Part shown: positions 31,260 to 62,590 of the stretch, in pieces | Numbering within the stretch: position 1 is the stretch's first letter | How the letters are laid out: each line of letters opens with the position of its first letter | Translations under genes and position numbers: made by a program | Assembly: GCA_002269645.1 (NCBI GenBank) | Contig: NIVC01000176.1 | Coordinates: forward strand, 1 to 64,000 | From: Macrostomum lignano | Taxonomy: Eukaryota | Length of the DNA stretch: 64,000 bases | Direction of reading: 5' to 3' | The notes under the pieces: model-generated | Databases searched by the model: none | Seen by the model: only the letters and a program-made list of their open reading frames with translations | What the model was told of the DNA's origin: nothing

Positions 31260-34248
31260 TTAACTGGGAAAATTGAGCTCCAGTGCGGACAGGGACCTCT
31301 GAGCGGGCCCAACAGCGGCGGCAGTGGCAGATGAAGTGCCGCCCTGACTGCGGCGCAGTTCGTCAAGCCGCTGTTTGAGTTCGAGCAGTTCGCGCAGCTG
31401 CTCACAGCTGACCAATTGTAGCAAATTCTGTTCCAGATCTTTCTGCTCCTGGGTTAGGCGCATCAGTGTCATCTGGAATTAGGATAAAGTTCGAAAATGT
31501 GTGAGAAGGATTTGTGGCATATTTACAAAATGGATTTAATCTAAATTTTGGATCACCCAAAGAGTGGGGATTTTCATAAATTTGAGATTTCCTCTAAAAT
31601 AAGAATTTCTTCACAACTGAAACTTCCCCGAAAGTTAAGGCTCCTTTCTCGTAAATTAGAGATTTCCCTAAAGTTGGAATTCCTCTAAAGTTAAGATTTC
31701 CATTACCCTAAAGTATAATTATATATCTCTATAGTTCGAGATTTCCCCAGAGGGATTCTCCATAGCATGGGGATTCCCTCAAATAAGATTTCCTGAAATT
31801 TACGATTTTCTAAAGTTAGGATTTTCCTAAAGTGGGGATTCCCTGACAGTTAAGATTCCCTTTAAGTTGGAATTCCTTAAAGTTGGGATTCCACTTTTTA
31901 AGTTAGGATTCCCCTAAAGTTGGAATTCCCGTAAAGTAGGAAGTTACCTAAAGTTGAGATTCCCCTAAATTTGGGATTCCCCTAAAGTTGGGATTTCAGT
32001 TAAAGTTGAGATTTCCCAAATGTGAGGATTCGCCTAAAGTAGGAAATCCCTTAAAGTTGGGATTCCCGTAAAAGTGGTACTGCGCTAAAGTTTACAATAC
32101 CTGTATCTTCCATAGCTCAATAGGCTCCTATATTCGTATGAAATTTCCTATTCCCGAATGATACACTCACCTGCTCCGTAGTGTACTCATTCAACAATCG
32201 CTGGTGCTCAGCAAATATCGCTTCGGACTCCGTGTGGCCGGGCAGAGCCTGCGGCGGCAGCAGTTCAACGGGCAGCTCCTCCCAGATGACGCGCATCAGC
32301 TGCAGCTGATCGCTGCCCTCCTGAGGGGTGGCCAGGCTGGGCATTAGATGAGGCTCGTTTGTAACCAGCAGAGGCGGAATCTGCAAGTTCTGCTGTTGCT
32401 GCTGCTGCTGCTGTTGTTGTTGCTGTCGAAGAGACGGCGGAGTCGGCGACTTGGAGCCGGATCGGGATCGCGGTTTCGGCAACGGTCGCAACGACATTGA
32501 AGCGCCAGCCGCAGGCGCTGGAGAAGCTTCCGGTATAACCATAGACGGCGGCGGCGGGTCCTCCGTCACCTCTACGTCGGCGTCGATCAGAGCTTCGTCC
32601 ATTGGCCGACTGTCTTTAGAATTGCCGACTCCGCCAACTCCGCCAGCCGCCGACGAGCCGATCTTCCCATCGACAGTGAAGGAGGCCTCTGTCTGAGGCT
32701 CGATAAGACCGTCGTGATAGCCGGGCAGCCGAGGCGCCACCAGTTCGAGCAGCTCGACTAGGCCGGTGATGGGCGGGCGCCTGGACGGCTCCTGGTGTAG
32801 ACAGGTCGCCAGCAGGTTGCGCAGCGTCTCCGGACAGTCGCGAAACTGCGGCGGTCGCTGGCCGGCGTGAATATGAAACATAATGCTGTAGCTGTTCATG
32901 TCTTTGAATGGCCGGCTGCGGGCCAGCACCTCCCACATCACCATGCCTAGGGAGTAGACGTCTACGCTGGGCGAATACCTGCATTGAAGATTGACAAATG
33001 GGGATTAGGTTCAAGCGGATTATGGACTGTGTATATGCGATAATACTTGGGCTTCGATCGTGCACCTCTAGATCTACCAATGACCCCAGACACCTCTAGA
33101 TCTACCAATGACCCCAGACACCTCTAGATCTTCGAATGACCCCAGACACCTCTAGATCTAAATGACCCCGGACACCTCTAGATCTACCAATGACCCCAGA
33201 CACCTCTAGATCTACCAATGACCCCAGACACCTATAGATCAACCAATGACCCCAGACACCTCTAGAACTACCAATGACCCGACACCTCTAGATCTACCAA
33301 TGACCCCAGACACCTCTAGATCAACCAATGACCCCAGACACCTCTAGATCAACCAATGACCCCAGACACCTCTAGATCTTCGAATCACCCCAGACACCTC
33401 TAGATCTAAATGACCCCGGACACCTCTAGATCTACCAATGACCCCAGATACATCTAGATCTAAATGACCCGACACTTCTAGCTCTACCAATGACCCCAGG
33501 CACCTCTAGATCTACCAATGACCCCAGATACCTCTAGATCAACATACAACCGCACACTAATCCACCATTGGCCCTGCGACTGTCCTCAAGACTCAAACAA
33601 AGAATCAAGAGATTAAGGCCAACAAAAGCAGTCAGACCTGTTATTAGTCAGAATCTCTGGCGCCATCCAAGCCACGGTGCCCTTACTCGAAGTCATATCC
33701 GTAGACTGCTCACGAACGGTGCCAAAATCGCAGACTTTGAGCACCCGGCCAGCATTAAACAGCAATAGATTCATACTTTTCAAATCTCGGTGAATAATAG
33801 GCCTAGGCTGATGCGCGTGCAGATAAGCAACGGCCTTGGCGCACTGCAGGAACCAGGAGAAAGCCAGCCCGATGTTGTAATCCACTGTCGGCCTATTGTG
33901 CACCACGTCGGCCACGGTGCCAGAGTCAGCCAGCTCCATCACGTAGTACGGGCAGGCGAAATCGCTAGCCGATCCAGCGGACGAAGGTCGCTCGCCTTCT
34001 GTCGGGCCGAGCCAGACGCCGAATAGGCGAACAATATTCGGATGCTGGCAGCGAGCTAATAAACTCATCTCTTTCTGCAGACTGGCGACATCGCGCTGAG
34101 CATCGAACAGTTTAATAGCCACGTCGATGCCCTGCCAGCGGCCTCGATAAACTGTACCGTAGGTGCCCCGGCCCAGCTGCTCGTGACCGCGACGGATATC
34201 GTCTGGCTGAATGACCATCACCATCTGGTGCTCCATTGTGGAGGACAT
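31260..34248 (-). CDS. MAP3K7: TAK1-like MAP3K; exons 34248-33638, 32978-32171, 31472-31260
   Basis: GRGTYGTV, VAIK, IIHRDLKSMNLLL...VLKVCDFGT, KGTVAWMAPE, DVYSLG; C-terminal ESEAIFAEHQRLLNEY..Q|..L..L...QKDL resembles the TAK1 TAB2-binding coiled coil; splice phases match. Confidence 0.88.
31600..32080. repeat. Degenerate ~20-bp intronic repeat
   Basis: Diverged copies of ctaaagttgggattcccc. Confidence 0.75.
33063..33545. repeat. 28-bp intronic minisatellite (TAK1 intron 1)
   Basis: Unit cacctctagatctaccaatgaccccaga. Confidence 0.92.
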
Positions 34249-37200
34249 TTCAAAGCCTCATGAAATAGGAAATTGTTTGCAGAACTGATGTAACTAAAAG
34301 AACTATAATCTTTAAAGTAATGATAGGAACTATGTAACAGTAAAACTGCCAAGGGGGACTGGAGTGAAGCAATGCACAAACACTAAATTTGAGAACACAG
34401 GCTAACTTTTTGTTGCATCTATTCTCAAACAATAAACAAATTGCCAGCTCTCTCTGGACCATCAAGATATTCAACATAACCCATGTGCCAAAAAGCACTG
34501 CGCCTCAGTGCAGCTTTGGCCAAGCCTCCAGATTTCATCAACACGCTGATCACATGTCAGTTCTAAATTAGTTAGTCATTGACCTTCATCAAAGCAGAGC
34601 TGTTGGACATTAACCAGATGGCACCAGGTGATTATGGACATTATGCTGCAGCAAAAAATTGTCAAGGGGATGCCTATCCCTCACCCTCATTGGTTGTTTG
34701 ACAGGCAGAAAAATGGTTTGGTATTCCTATTGTCAATATTTAACCTTAAAAGAACTCTGCCTTAGGGGATCAACTTTGAGCAATGCCATGAATCAAGGCT
34801 AAATTAAAATATTGATAGTCACACACGCAGAAGCATTTAGCTAGTATATGGCTCAATTTTATGCAATTCAAATATTTTCTATTCACAGTTTCATTTTAAT
34901 GCATTTTTATAGAAGAGCTTTGTTTATAAGTTTTTTAATTTTTGCATTAAACAATAACTACAAGGGGTGTCCCAAAAGTTGGTGCACTTTCTTTGCTACA
35001 GCCTTTTCTAACCAATCAGAAATATTTATTTTGTAGTAGTTAACAAGAGAATTATCTGCCCATTAAAATGATTTTCTGTTTATTTCTGTATCTGCTGGCA
35101 TGCTTGAAATATTAGCACTTTTCTGCCCCAACCCCTGTGCTACTTCTACAAATTGCCATAGACCAAAGCTTTGTACCTGATGCACGAAACAACGAAACAT
35201 TCAATGAATCAATTAAACATCCGCAACATGAAAGCTAATGAAAGAACAGTCAAAAGTGAATCATCGACATTGTCCTGAGGCTTCTCCACATAGTCACCAC
35301 TGCGCTACATACACTGCTGTTCTTTCCTCAGCTTTCATGTTGCAGATGTTTAATTGATTTGTTGAATGTTTTGTTGTTTTGTACATAAAGTACAAAGCTT
35401 TGGTCTCTCTTAGGTCAGCCAGCAGTTGCGAATGTATGTATGCCTATTTTATAAGTAAGTAGATAATAGTACCAAAGAAATGGCTCAAATGTGCTATCAT
35501 AATAATATAGGGGCCTATATGCAGCTCAATATGCAAAAGTAAGCCACTAACTCTAGCTATGCTGCTATATATCATTGTAAGATTCATAAATAGGTTGAAA
35601 GTTGGTAATGGCCTACTAGGTATCAAGTGAGCCATAGTCAAGATCATGGCATGCCTAGGTCTATGCTAGAACAAATCTTATCAAAAGTTTGATTGCACCC
35701 TATGCTAGGCCTAGAACTTTTTTGCAAAAAAACAAACACAAAAATCTATATTTTCCCTTTAAAATACGGTCAATAAAACTTGTATTTGAATCTGTTTTGT
35801 ATAAATACAATGTTAACATTACATACTTTAATTGAGAAAGCTGTAAATACACTGACAAATGAAAAAGTTCTAATTATGTATTAGACAATGCATTATTTGT
35901 TTTTTTATTTGGTACTTTACAATATTTTTATACTTTCTATATTAAATTCAATCTGACTGAAATTGCCTATTTGAAAATTTTAGGCCCATTTTCAAAATTT
36001 TGAGAATTTCTTGAAATGATCCAAAAAGGCCAAGTCTTGAAATCTCTAAGGGCAAGGCTCTAAGGCTTATCTTATTGTCTGTAGTCTTTAGGCCTAGTCT
36101 AGTCGATAAATGGAATGGGTAATCTTAGTAGGCTACTCTTAATCATGGTAGGCCTAGGCCTACCCGCCTACTTGATATAGTAAACAAGGTTTCCAAACAT
36201 TTTGGCCCCAAAAATTGTTTCTAAATAAATTCTTGAAGATAAGTAGGCCTATTAAACAAGTTGTCAATAAGCAATGCTATGCAAATGTATATAGCAAAAC
36301 TTTGCCTTGACATTTCCCTAGGCACCTTCAATGCTATTTGTGTGCATTATTGTAGGCCTATTGGATTAGCAAGGTTGATAAAATGCAGGGTATGGTTTAT
36401 TGTGGCATGGTTTGGTAGTTGGTTGTTGTATGCACTATGCAGTATGCTGCCCATTGGTCAGTCAAAATCTGCATTCTAGGAAGCCAGGAAGAATGAATAA
36501 TTGGTTGTTGAATAATTGGCAAAAGCTTAGGTTAGGCCTAGCAGGATTTAATTTACTAAAAATTTTTTAGTTAAAAAATGCATTTTTGGAATTTATAGGA
36601 GGTAGGCCTATGCAGTACAGATAGATTGCTAATAAATGACATGAGCCAGCCAAATAGTGACAAGCTAGGTGGGTCTAATTTGACTTTGACTAGGCCCCTA
36701 GGCCTAAAGCCAGCTAAAAAAGCACTGCCCATCATAATAAGCCATAGCAAACTTATTGTTGTAACTGTAATTTTTTTTAAAATCCATGGCAATGCCTGGA
36801 AAAATATAGGAAAAATTCATGGAATAATTTAAATTTAAAATTGATTAGGCCTAGGCCTAGGCCAAGTAATTTTGATAATACGAGCTATCACCACATACAC
36901 GTGTAAACGAATTATAAGGCAACTTTGCACCATTTATACAATAAGCACTAAGTAATAAATACGCATACAAACAAAAACTTAATACAACGAACCAAAACTT
37001 GGTCTACACTGTAGACCCTACAGGTCCCTATAACTATCAGGACTGTCGATGAAAAAATCACAGATTTAATGACGTTTTAAATGCATCTCGAAAAAGTTGA
37101 CAGTATAACTAATTCGAATGATTTTCCTACCTTAACATATCTTGCTATTGTAGGCCTAATTCTGTATACTTATGCCTCGATCAGTTTCTTTCTTTATTAA

Positions 37201-40200
37201 TGAAATCCTAACTGTCCCGAATTTCATCTTATAGAAAATCGGAGCACTGATTGCCATATTTATTGTTACAAAATTATGGGAGCACCCACAAAAAATAAAT
37301 TAGTACGCACTGAAATGCCATACACCTAAATTCTATAATACATTTAGACGGCAGCTGAGTGAAGCTTTTCTACTTCACTTTTATAAAAATACTTGAGCGA
37401 CATGTAACAAAAAAGTACACACCAAGTACCACTAGAGAACCATCCGTTGTATCTGTACGCACAATTCGTCTTTTGTATAGTCATGCGCTACTCAAGGACC
37501 ACTGTATATAACTGTACTGTAACGTACTGTACTTACTGTAACGTGGTCCGTGGCGCAACTACATGTCACTACATAACACAATCAGTGTGGAAACCGAAAA
37601 GCTTAAAAAACTGAAAGCTGCATGATGCAGCTATTTTAAATTTCGATCTCAAACTGTATAATGTTAAAGTTGAATACAAACTTGAGGCACTAATTGCAAA
37701 TTAGAGATCGTGATAGTCCTAAACCAGCTATTGCATTTGATCTTTATTATTATCTTCGACAAGATTCAAAACAAAAATTAATAATAACTTTTTAAATTCA
37801 TATACCAAAGACTCTGAGATGTGAATTTTGAAAACCAGTAAATTTGTTATTTAAGTTTATTTTCGTTGCTAATATACGTGTAGCTGTAAAATTAATAAAA
37901 AAAGAATCAAGACCCGAGACCAGGCTTCTCTTTTAATGAAAACAGATAACAAGAGCGGTACATTGATAAGTAGACAGTAGACACGTAAAGCATACATGTG
38001 TATTTATTTATAAATATATGACGCGAAAATAATCTATCCTTTGTACACAAAATGAATGCAGTCTATATTTACAATATCATGTGACTGTACAGAATGAAAA
38101 TGTGAGCATTTCAACTCTAAGAATATTTAACTGTTGGCATTTTATTATAGGTTTATATGGTGATATTTTGTTTATGAAAAGACACGATTCAACAATATAG
38201 GATGAATGAGGATGCATTTATGAACTTAAGAGCCGAAATTCACTCAGATTCATCACTATAATAAGACAGTTAAGATATTCAATGAGTTTAAAGATAAGAA
38301 AAACACGAATACAATGAGCGATTGAGGTAACAATTTAGTAATGATATAAACAATAGCAATACAAATCCAACAAATTAATTAGGCACATTGTAAGCTACAA
38401 ATTGCGATAAGTTACCTGTGATATGATTATTATTGGTATGTCTTAACCACCGATATTTAAGCAGTTGTATACTACTTGTACATACCAGTAGTGTGGAGGC
38501 AATATCTAAGTAAAAAACGCGACACAAATAAAGACATACGATTCAGAGGCAGCAATACAATTTTACCACAGGTAGGTGCACACTACAAGAAAATGCAAAC
38601 TAAAACTCAACACTGCAGGAAGAACCGAAGCAAGATAGTGAACTACAATGTAGCTGGTAACAACTGCAGACACAGACAGTTCATGAAGGTATGTGCTAGC
38701 TAGATATTAAAAAACCATGAAAAAACAGAGCTCACCCAGATTTTTTTACTTTGCTACAACAATTAAAAGCGCAATTGTTACATTTGCACACATCAGATAG
38801 ATACTACTAAGCTAGTTCTAATTCAGTAGTTTATACATTGTCTTATCTTTTCTGCTCAATTAAAAACTACACTGGCCAAATTCGCACCACAGATACCACA
38901 ATAACTAGATGGGCCGTACATTTGCGTGCAAGCTACTTTCAGTTCAGTAGTAAGTTTAACTGAAGCATTTAAATGTATTTTTAAAGATAAGGCTCTTTTA
39001 TTGGCTCTGGTCCCCAGCTTAAACCCTTGAACTCCACACAGAACCTCTACCCCTGCCCCGCCACCCAATTTTTATTGCCTTTCTAGGAATTAGCCTAAAG
39101 CTGCCATGTACATTTCAGTGGACTGGCCAATGTACATTATTGCTGAACCAATTAGCAAGTTGTTTACGCCTGCTAGCTTTGGGCTTCTAAACTTATCAAA
39201 GTGATTTTAGCTGCCTTCTTATAAAAAACAGCTTACATATTCTTCATTGCTACTGAACTGAAAGTAGAAAGCTGTTTTGCTAAATATATATCTGGTTATT
39301 CTAGTATCTGTGATTTGCACCAAGTTCACAAAAATTTGATTGAGAAAATCGTGCAAACGGACAGAACTTGTCTATGGGCTAAACCCTATCAGACATTAAA
39401 CAAAGAAATCTTAGCTAAATGTGTTTTAATTTTCGATAACGCTTTTTCAAGCTTGGTTACTTGGAAAGAAACGTGTTGAAGAAATGAAAATATGGAACAT
39501 ACAGTTACTTTCATCTATTAGTTCGCGATACTTGACACTTCGTGTTTGTTTATATAAAAAAACTTTAACCTTGATGCGAACTTTCGAATCAAAGTCCACG
39601 AAGACGCACATTACTGCTCACATTGCAAATTGAAGCTAGCTTTCTAAAAAAACGATAATATAAAAAAATATAAAATCTATGTGTTAGCTAACTAAAAAGA
39701 CAGGACAAAAATAATTTTGGCACATATAGTTTCTAACATTCATTCTAATTATCCGTATACCCAGTGATAAAAAGGTAAAAATAAATATATACGAGAAGTC
39801 CTGCGCTGCAGTATTATAAATATGATTTATCATTATAACAAACCCGATAAATACACGTATAAAATATAACTACAACATCAACGCACATTCAGATAATAAG
39901 ACATAAACTAACAGAAGAGTGGCGAAGTTGTTTGTTTATAACACAGATTCAGGCACTTTATTTACTAAAAAGATTATTTTAAATCTTTTACTCCAGAGTC
40001 GTTGCAGGTAACACAGGTGAAATAGGAAAGAAGTGACTCTAGACGACTCTGAAATGACGAGATCCTCAAGGATCCTCAAGGCGTCTTATTGTTTGCGACT
40101 CTGAAACGACTCTGGGGCCGTGAGTCGTTAAAAATCGCAACAATCGCCCCTAGTGAGCTGTTTGCAATGACACTTAAGCGATTCTTGTCCCAGTAACGTT

Positions 40201-40259
40201 TCCAATGGACTATTAAATAGTTTACAACCCACGCACCAACAACAAACAAGAAAGTACTG

Positions 40260-56335
<16,076 letters not shown>

Positions 56336-59059
56336 ATTCTATAACATTTTGATAGGCTCACATCCCATTGATCAATGGACAGAAAAATATTTTTGTTTGA
56401 AACCTGAAATGAAATTGATTACAAACTTTGATTTTTTAATCTATAAGCAAGCCTTATAGGTTTAGTTATATCATATCATGTTAATTTATATGTCAAGGCC
56501 TTTTTGAAATAATTAAAACTTAAGTTACATTAAATGGAAAATATGACATGTCTAGACGAAATACCAACCCAAGTTTATATTAATCAATACCTGCAAATCC
56601 ATGTTCTAGGAACTTGATTTTTAATGCTCTACCACTTTCCCAAAAGCCTAAAACCTAAGTACAACATGCTTGCAACTATTTAACTTAGACCTATGCCATA
56701 TGTTTTATGTTTTCAGGTTATTTCAATATGCTTAAGGTGTTAATTATTAGTGCTGATATCATAGTAGACTTTTATGCTGCTCCAGGGTTCTTAGTCTTGC
56801 TCTTATTTCTTCTTATTTCACAGTTCTCACAGCGGGCTTTTAACCCAAACCTGTTTTGGCAGCTTTATTGAGTCTATAGATAAAATGAAATGCGTCAAAC
56901 TGTATGCAATAATAAATAATATCTATATTATAGTCACGTCATATCAATATGTCCTATTCTTGATTCTCTCCCCTTATTTATATAAGCCTATAATCTCTAG
57001 CACTTGTTTTTAAACTTAAACTTTTCAATAATCAATTCTTTCTAAAGCCTTTTCAAATATTAATATGAATAGGGCCTAATATACTCAATTGTTATGCCTT
57101 TAATCATTTTCTTAGAGCATAGGTCTAACAATCCCTAAATCCTCCTTTTCATTTGAATTATGATACCAATATTGAATTCTCAAATCTGGCCTAATTTATT
57201 CCAAATCTTTAGTCTACATCAAAGCAACTATTTGGTATTCAAATGATCAACTTTTCAATTTTAATTTCAATCCAAATAAAATATTTGTTTGATTTAATTT
57301 GATCCCAAATAGGCCTATTCTAAATTTTTATCTTAGGCCTATCTTTAAATAGGGCCTAGTAGCATAGGTGAAGGATATTAGTATATTAGCTAATACTTTC
57401 AAATTTAGACCATTTTTTATTTTATTCATAGCTTAATAGGCCCTAAATATATTGCATTTATATTATCTTAACTAGTCTAGACCTAGAACTAGAGCTTAAA
57501 AAATAACTTGAAGAATTAGAAGCATAAAAAACAGAGATATTAGTTAGTGGGTTATATAATGACAATAGGCCTAATATTAATAAAGTATATTTATTTATAA
57601 GTTATACTTAGCATCTAGCAAAATAGATAGATAGACACAGATTGGTTGGTCCAATGCTTCTTATATAGTATAGGCCTAGGCCTAGCTTCTATTAGGTCAA
57701 CATTTTTTTAGATTTTTTTTTATTATGAAAAAAGGCCTATTTTAACTGAATTTTGTATATAATGATTGTATAGGGGCCTATATAAAAATGAAAATCAATA
57801 GAGTGAGAATCTATTATCAATTAACTTTATAGGTCACAATATAAATAGAAATTCAATACCTAGGAAAAACCTTCAAAACAAAAAACCTTTTTATCTACAT
57901 TAATTACTTTAATTCCATATATAGCCAGCTTTTTAATTTCATATATATAGGCCTAATATAGTGATCAGTGTAGCAAATCAACAATCTCAAGATTCACTAT
58001 TTGGTGACTCGGCAAATAAAATTAACTGTCAAGTCAAGTCAATATCAAGTCAATGACAGGACGGGACTAGGCGTCAGTCTAGCTATAGGATGAATTTTAG
58101 CATCTAATTCTTAACATCTATCTATTTAATTAGGCCTAGGCCTACAAATGACAAACCTAGGACTATGGTTTGAATAGACGTAAATCTAAGATAAGCCATG
58201 TCTTACCCCAGTATGCATAACAGCATAAGTAGAGAGTACCGTCCGTACAACAAGTTAATGACGTACGTAGTACAATGTACATGGTCGTTTTGTATGTACA
58301 CTGCGAAGTGAGCCCATGCTGGGACAGGTTACTAAGTTTGATTTTGGAACTCGTATCACGTGAGAGGTGTATCAATTTCTGATAAGAACTGAATCAACCT
58401 TCTTGACTTTAAAAATTTAACATTATGCTGTCTCTACCTAATCTCCATAGTTTCTAAGTCATAAAATGCATAACATAGCGTAGAAAGTGTTTAAATTCTG
58501 GCTCACGTAGTACTGAAATATCATTTAAATATACCAAATATAAACAATTTTTAAGACAAGCAGGCCATGCGTAAAGTCAAACGTATAGTATGCACAAAAC
58601 GTCAAACTGTCTATGCACCTCGGACAGTGCACCTATTTGCTTGATTTAGAACTTAAAATTCTATAAGGTGATCGCCAGGGGCGGATGGATTTAGGGCCGC
58701 CCCCCAATTTCGGTCATGAATTAATATATTTTTCTGTAAATCCCCAACTAAAAATTTTTTAAGAAAATTTTTTTAACGGGTTTATGGCGCCCCCCACTGA
58801 CGCCGAGGTCCCCAAAGCCTGACATCTCCTGCGCGACCCCCATCCCGCCACTGGCCCACCCCATAAAGATTTTCTGCGACCACCAAAGACTATAGACAGT
58901 AGAGGGTAGTAAAACTGTTTTGCACGAAATCTGTGATGCCGGGCGTCTCTGCTGCAACCGGTGACGCCCCTGATGCAACTGCTGGCGCTTCTGGTTGCTC
59001 CATGGAAACCGCCACTCAACTACCACAATGCCGCGTACTGTTTGAGTGATCGATGGAAA

Positions 59060-59760
59060 TTAAGGCAGAGAAATGCTTCCTAAGGCATAAGCATCTACAT
59101 AGAGTACAATTTCCATGCTTATTCTAAAGTTCGTTCCGGCTTCTTCTGTCGCGTCTGCACGCAATTTCGGACCTCCTGGCCTGCTGAGTCTGTTCGATGC
59201 CATGCAGTCGAAGCTTGTTGGCTGCCTTGTGACGGAGCCGGCGTCGGTATGATCGGCTTTTTGGATCCAATGGCTACATCACTTCCCACGAGGCAACAGA
59301 TCATCGCAAGATGGCTACAGTTCAAGCGGCTGTCTTCAAACTGAACAACTGGCAGCTCGCACCTGCAATGTTGCCACAACTGGACAGCAACAGGAAGCGA
59401 CAGGTAGAGGAGGACCGCAAGCGCCTGCGACCAATCGTGAAAACTCTTCTGCTGTGTGGCAGACAGAGCATTCGATTTCGTGGACATCGGGAGATGATGG
59501 ATCACTTCTTGCTGAAGACTATAGAGCAAGTTCGGGCAATCTTGTGCTCTGCTATGCTATACAGTTCCGCATTGAGGCTGGAGACAAAGCGCTGCAGTGC
59601 CATCTGGAGAACACAGCTGCCAATGCGACATACCGGTACATACAACCGTACAGCTCAAAATGGCAGTTGAGCCAGAAGCTTCAATGAGGTAATTCCTCAT
59701 TGAGCTCTGTGTCATTCCTCAGGACACTGGCAGCTAAAGTGAACGCAGCAAAATAAAGCG
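59060..59760 (+). pseudogene. Degenerate hAT transposase fragment (TTF zinc finger + DUF4371, PRKRIR/THAP12-like)
   Basis: Across shifted frames: AYSKVRSGFFCRVCTQF (TTF-like), SHEATDHRKMA, DRKRLRPIVKTLLLCGRQSIRFRGHRE, GNLVL...FRIEAGDKALQCHLE...ATY; several stops and frameshifts. Confidence 0.8.
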
Positions 59761-60936
59761 ACTGTCATTTCTCTGTGCTAGCTAGTGGACGAGACCTGCG
59801 ACATCTCGAAGAAGGAACATATGGGCAGTGTATAAACTTTGCGACTCTGTAACTGACTCTGTGTTAATTTCCAAAGTTTCTCAGTTTCTGATCTCTGTCG
59901 CTCCAAATGCTCTTTATTACATGCGCTGACTTGCATTTTCTCTCTCCCTATTCTCTGGTTGATTGATCCATTAAGCAACCAGAGGACCCACTTGGATGGA
60001 CCATCGACTAAGTTGTCGAAGCCGGAGTTAGGGGTTGCTGAGGCTAGCGCAAAATTGTCTTTCTTAAGGATTGGTCTAAAATTATAAGCCCGTATAACTT
60101 CGCTTGTTTCAATTGACTATAGGCAAAATATGCATAACAATAATATATTAAATTCTATTCTACACAGTAACTTGAAAAATTAGCTCTCGTTTGGTTTGTT
60201 TAGGTTGTAACAAATGGGTTAAATGCGTAAAGGTTCATTAAATTTTGACAAGCTATTAAGTTATAGTTAACGATTAAGTTGCAGTGACCATCGTTGGCAT
60301 TGGAAGCACCAATCGAAATAAGAACTGCAGAAAACAAAACTAATGCTCTCGTACATGAATGTTGACTATCAGTAGTATATGGTCAGTAGCGTCATTTTAA
60401 AGAAAACGGAATTTCGACTTTCGAATAAAGTATCAAATTATCTTTTCTAAGTGCTACAGATCCAGAGTTTTGATCATTTGAAGCTTAACTTTGCAATATA
60501 AGCTTGTAACTCTTGGTTCTTACTGTTTAAACTGACGAATGAATGTGATTTTAAATGCATCATTGATTTTTATTCTATTTTTCTACATACACTGCAATTT
60601 ACATTTACGAAATAATCAGACATGTAGCGAATATACGTACGTTTAGCGTTCTGATGCCAAGCAGCTAAATTTATACGGCAATAAAAAATTGTGTTTGGAG
60701 CTCCAAGAAAGAAATTTATGCCAGTGTACACTGCACGTAGCTGCTTATGTATCGAAGTTCTCCTGCTTATAACGTGCCGACACAATTGAAATGTTATAAG
60801 TATAAAAAATGACTTTAAAAATTAATTTAAAAATCTGCAGTCTACATGTAGTACACTGCAAAGCTTAAGGCCTGTAATATTTCGAAAAAAGACAATTGCT
60901 TCCATAAGCAGTAAAACTCCAACAGCCCCAGCAATT

Positions 60937-61861
60937 ATGCAACTCCGCATTGCGCAGCTTCTTCTTCTTGTCCTCTTGTTGCCTACTGATACGTACGCTG
61001 TAAGGACCTCTGCCGTAGAGCTCAAGAAGATGAACTTTTTTAAGAGGCCTCTAAATCACTTCGGAGCTGTGCTCTTCCAGCGACACGTGGACAACAGCCT
61101 CTCGTTCGCCCAGAACTGGACCAGCTACGTGAATGGATTCGGAGATCCCAGCGGAAATTACTGGATTGGTGAGTGCATGGCCTGTGTATATTTCCGAGTC
61201 AAACTAAGCGAATAAGTTTAGTTTTAAACTTAAGACAGGACACATTCCCATCCCATAGACAGGACACATTCCCATCCCATAGACAGGACACATTCCCATC
61301 CCATAGACAGGACACATTCCCATCCCATAGGACACATTCCCATCCCATAGACAGGACACATTCCCATTCCACAGACCGGACACATCCCCATTCCACAGAC
61401 ACAGTCGCTCCTGATCAATCGAACTCGCAGGTCTGGAGCAGCTGTCAGCCATGACTAAGGACCGCAGCTGCAAATTCATTTTTGAAGGAGTCCGACTCAA
61501 CGGCTCTCTTATGAGCGCCACCTTCAGAGGCTTTCAGGTGCGCGGAGCGGACGAGAACTACAGGCTGATACTGGGGCCTATGAAACCGGGTGGCGATCTC
61601 TATCACGGAATTGCCGGCTACCACAACGGATCGCAGTTCAGCACCATCGACGTAGACAACAACGGGTCCAGGAAATACTCGTGCTCACGAGGCCGAGAAC
61701 AGGGAGGCTGGTGGTTCAACAACTGCGCGTACTTTAATCCGAACGCTCCCATTTTCAGCCAAGCTCAGTTGGGCCGCGTGGAATGCTGGGATTTCTGCTC
61801 TGCGTTGGGCAGGCGTTGGGTTTGTCTGAACGAAACGCGGCTGTCCTTCAAATGCAGCTGA
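60937..61861 (+). CDS. Secreted fibrinogen C-terminal domain (FReD) protein; exons 60937-61168 and 61431-61861
   Basis: Signal peptide MQLRIAQLLLLVLLLPTDTYA; FQRHVDNSLSFAQNWTSYVNGFGDPSGNYWIG|LEQL, YHNGSQFSTIDVDN, GGWWFNNC; GT-AG intron in phase 1. Confidence 0.92.
61235..61400. repeat. 24-bp intronic minisatellite
   Basis: Unit agacaggacacattcccatcccat. Confidence 0.88.
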
Positions 61862-62076
61862 GATAAATCGGGGCCGATACCGCGGGTTCATTTGGAAACA
61901 GCAGACTGCACCTGGCTGACTCTTACCTGCGATTCTAAACCCCATTAATAAATATATTATAAGACGCACAGACACTTCGCGTGATTTTGCGTAAAAGCAT
62001 ACAGATTTATATGTATGCATCTATCTATATCAGCGTCCGTCATCACCAGTGGATGGGGATAACGAGATTATAAATG

Positions 62077-62590
<514 letters not shown>

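Noticed and set aside
34963-35040. TA-CAAGGGGTGTCCCAAAAG, resembling a Tc1/mariner end
   Set aside because: No matching inverted partner or transposase found nearby.
34250-40250. Scattered 60-100-aa ORFs in the AT-rich intergenic region
   Set aside because: No recognisable motifs or coding-like composition; treated as non-coding.
58676-58972. hAT-type MITE bounded by CAGGGGCG
   Set aside because: Only 8 bp of the ends match and the 8-bp flanks differ (GTGATCGC vs ATGCAACT), so there is no TSD.
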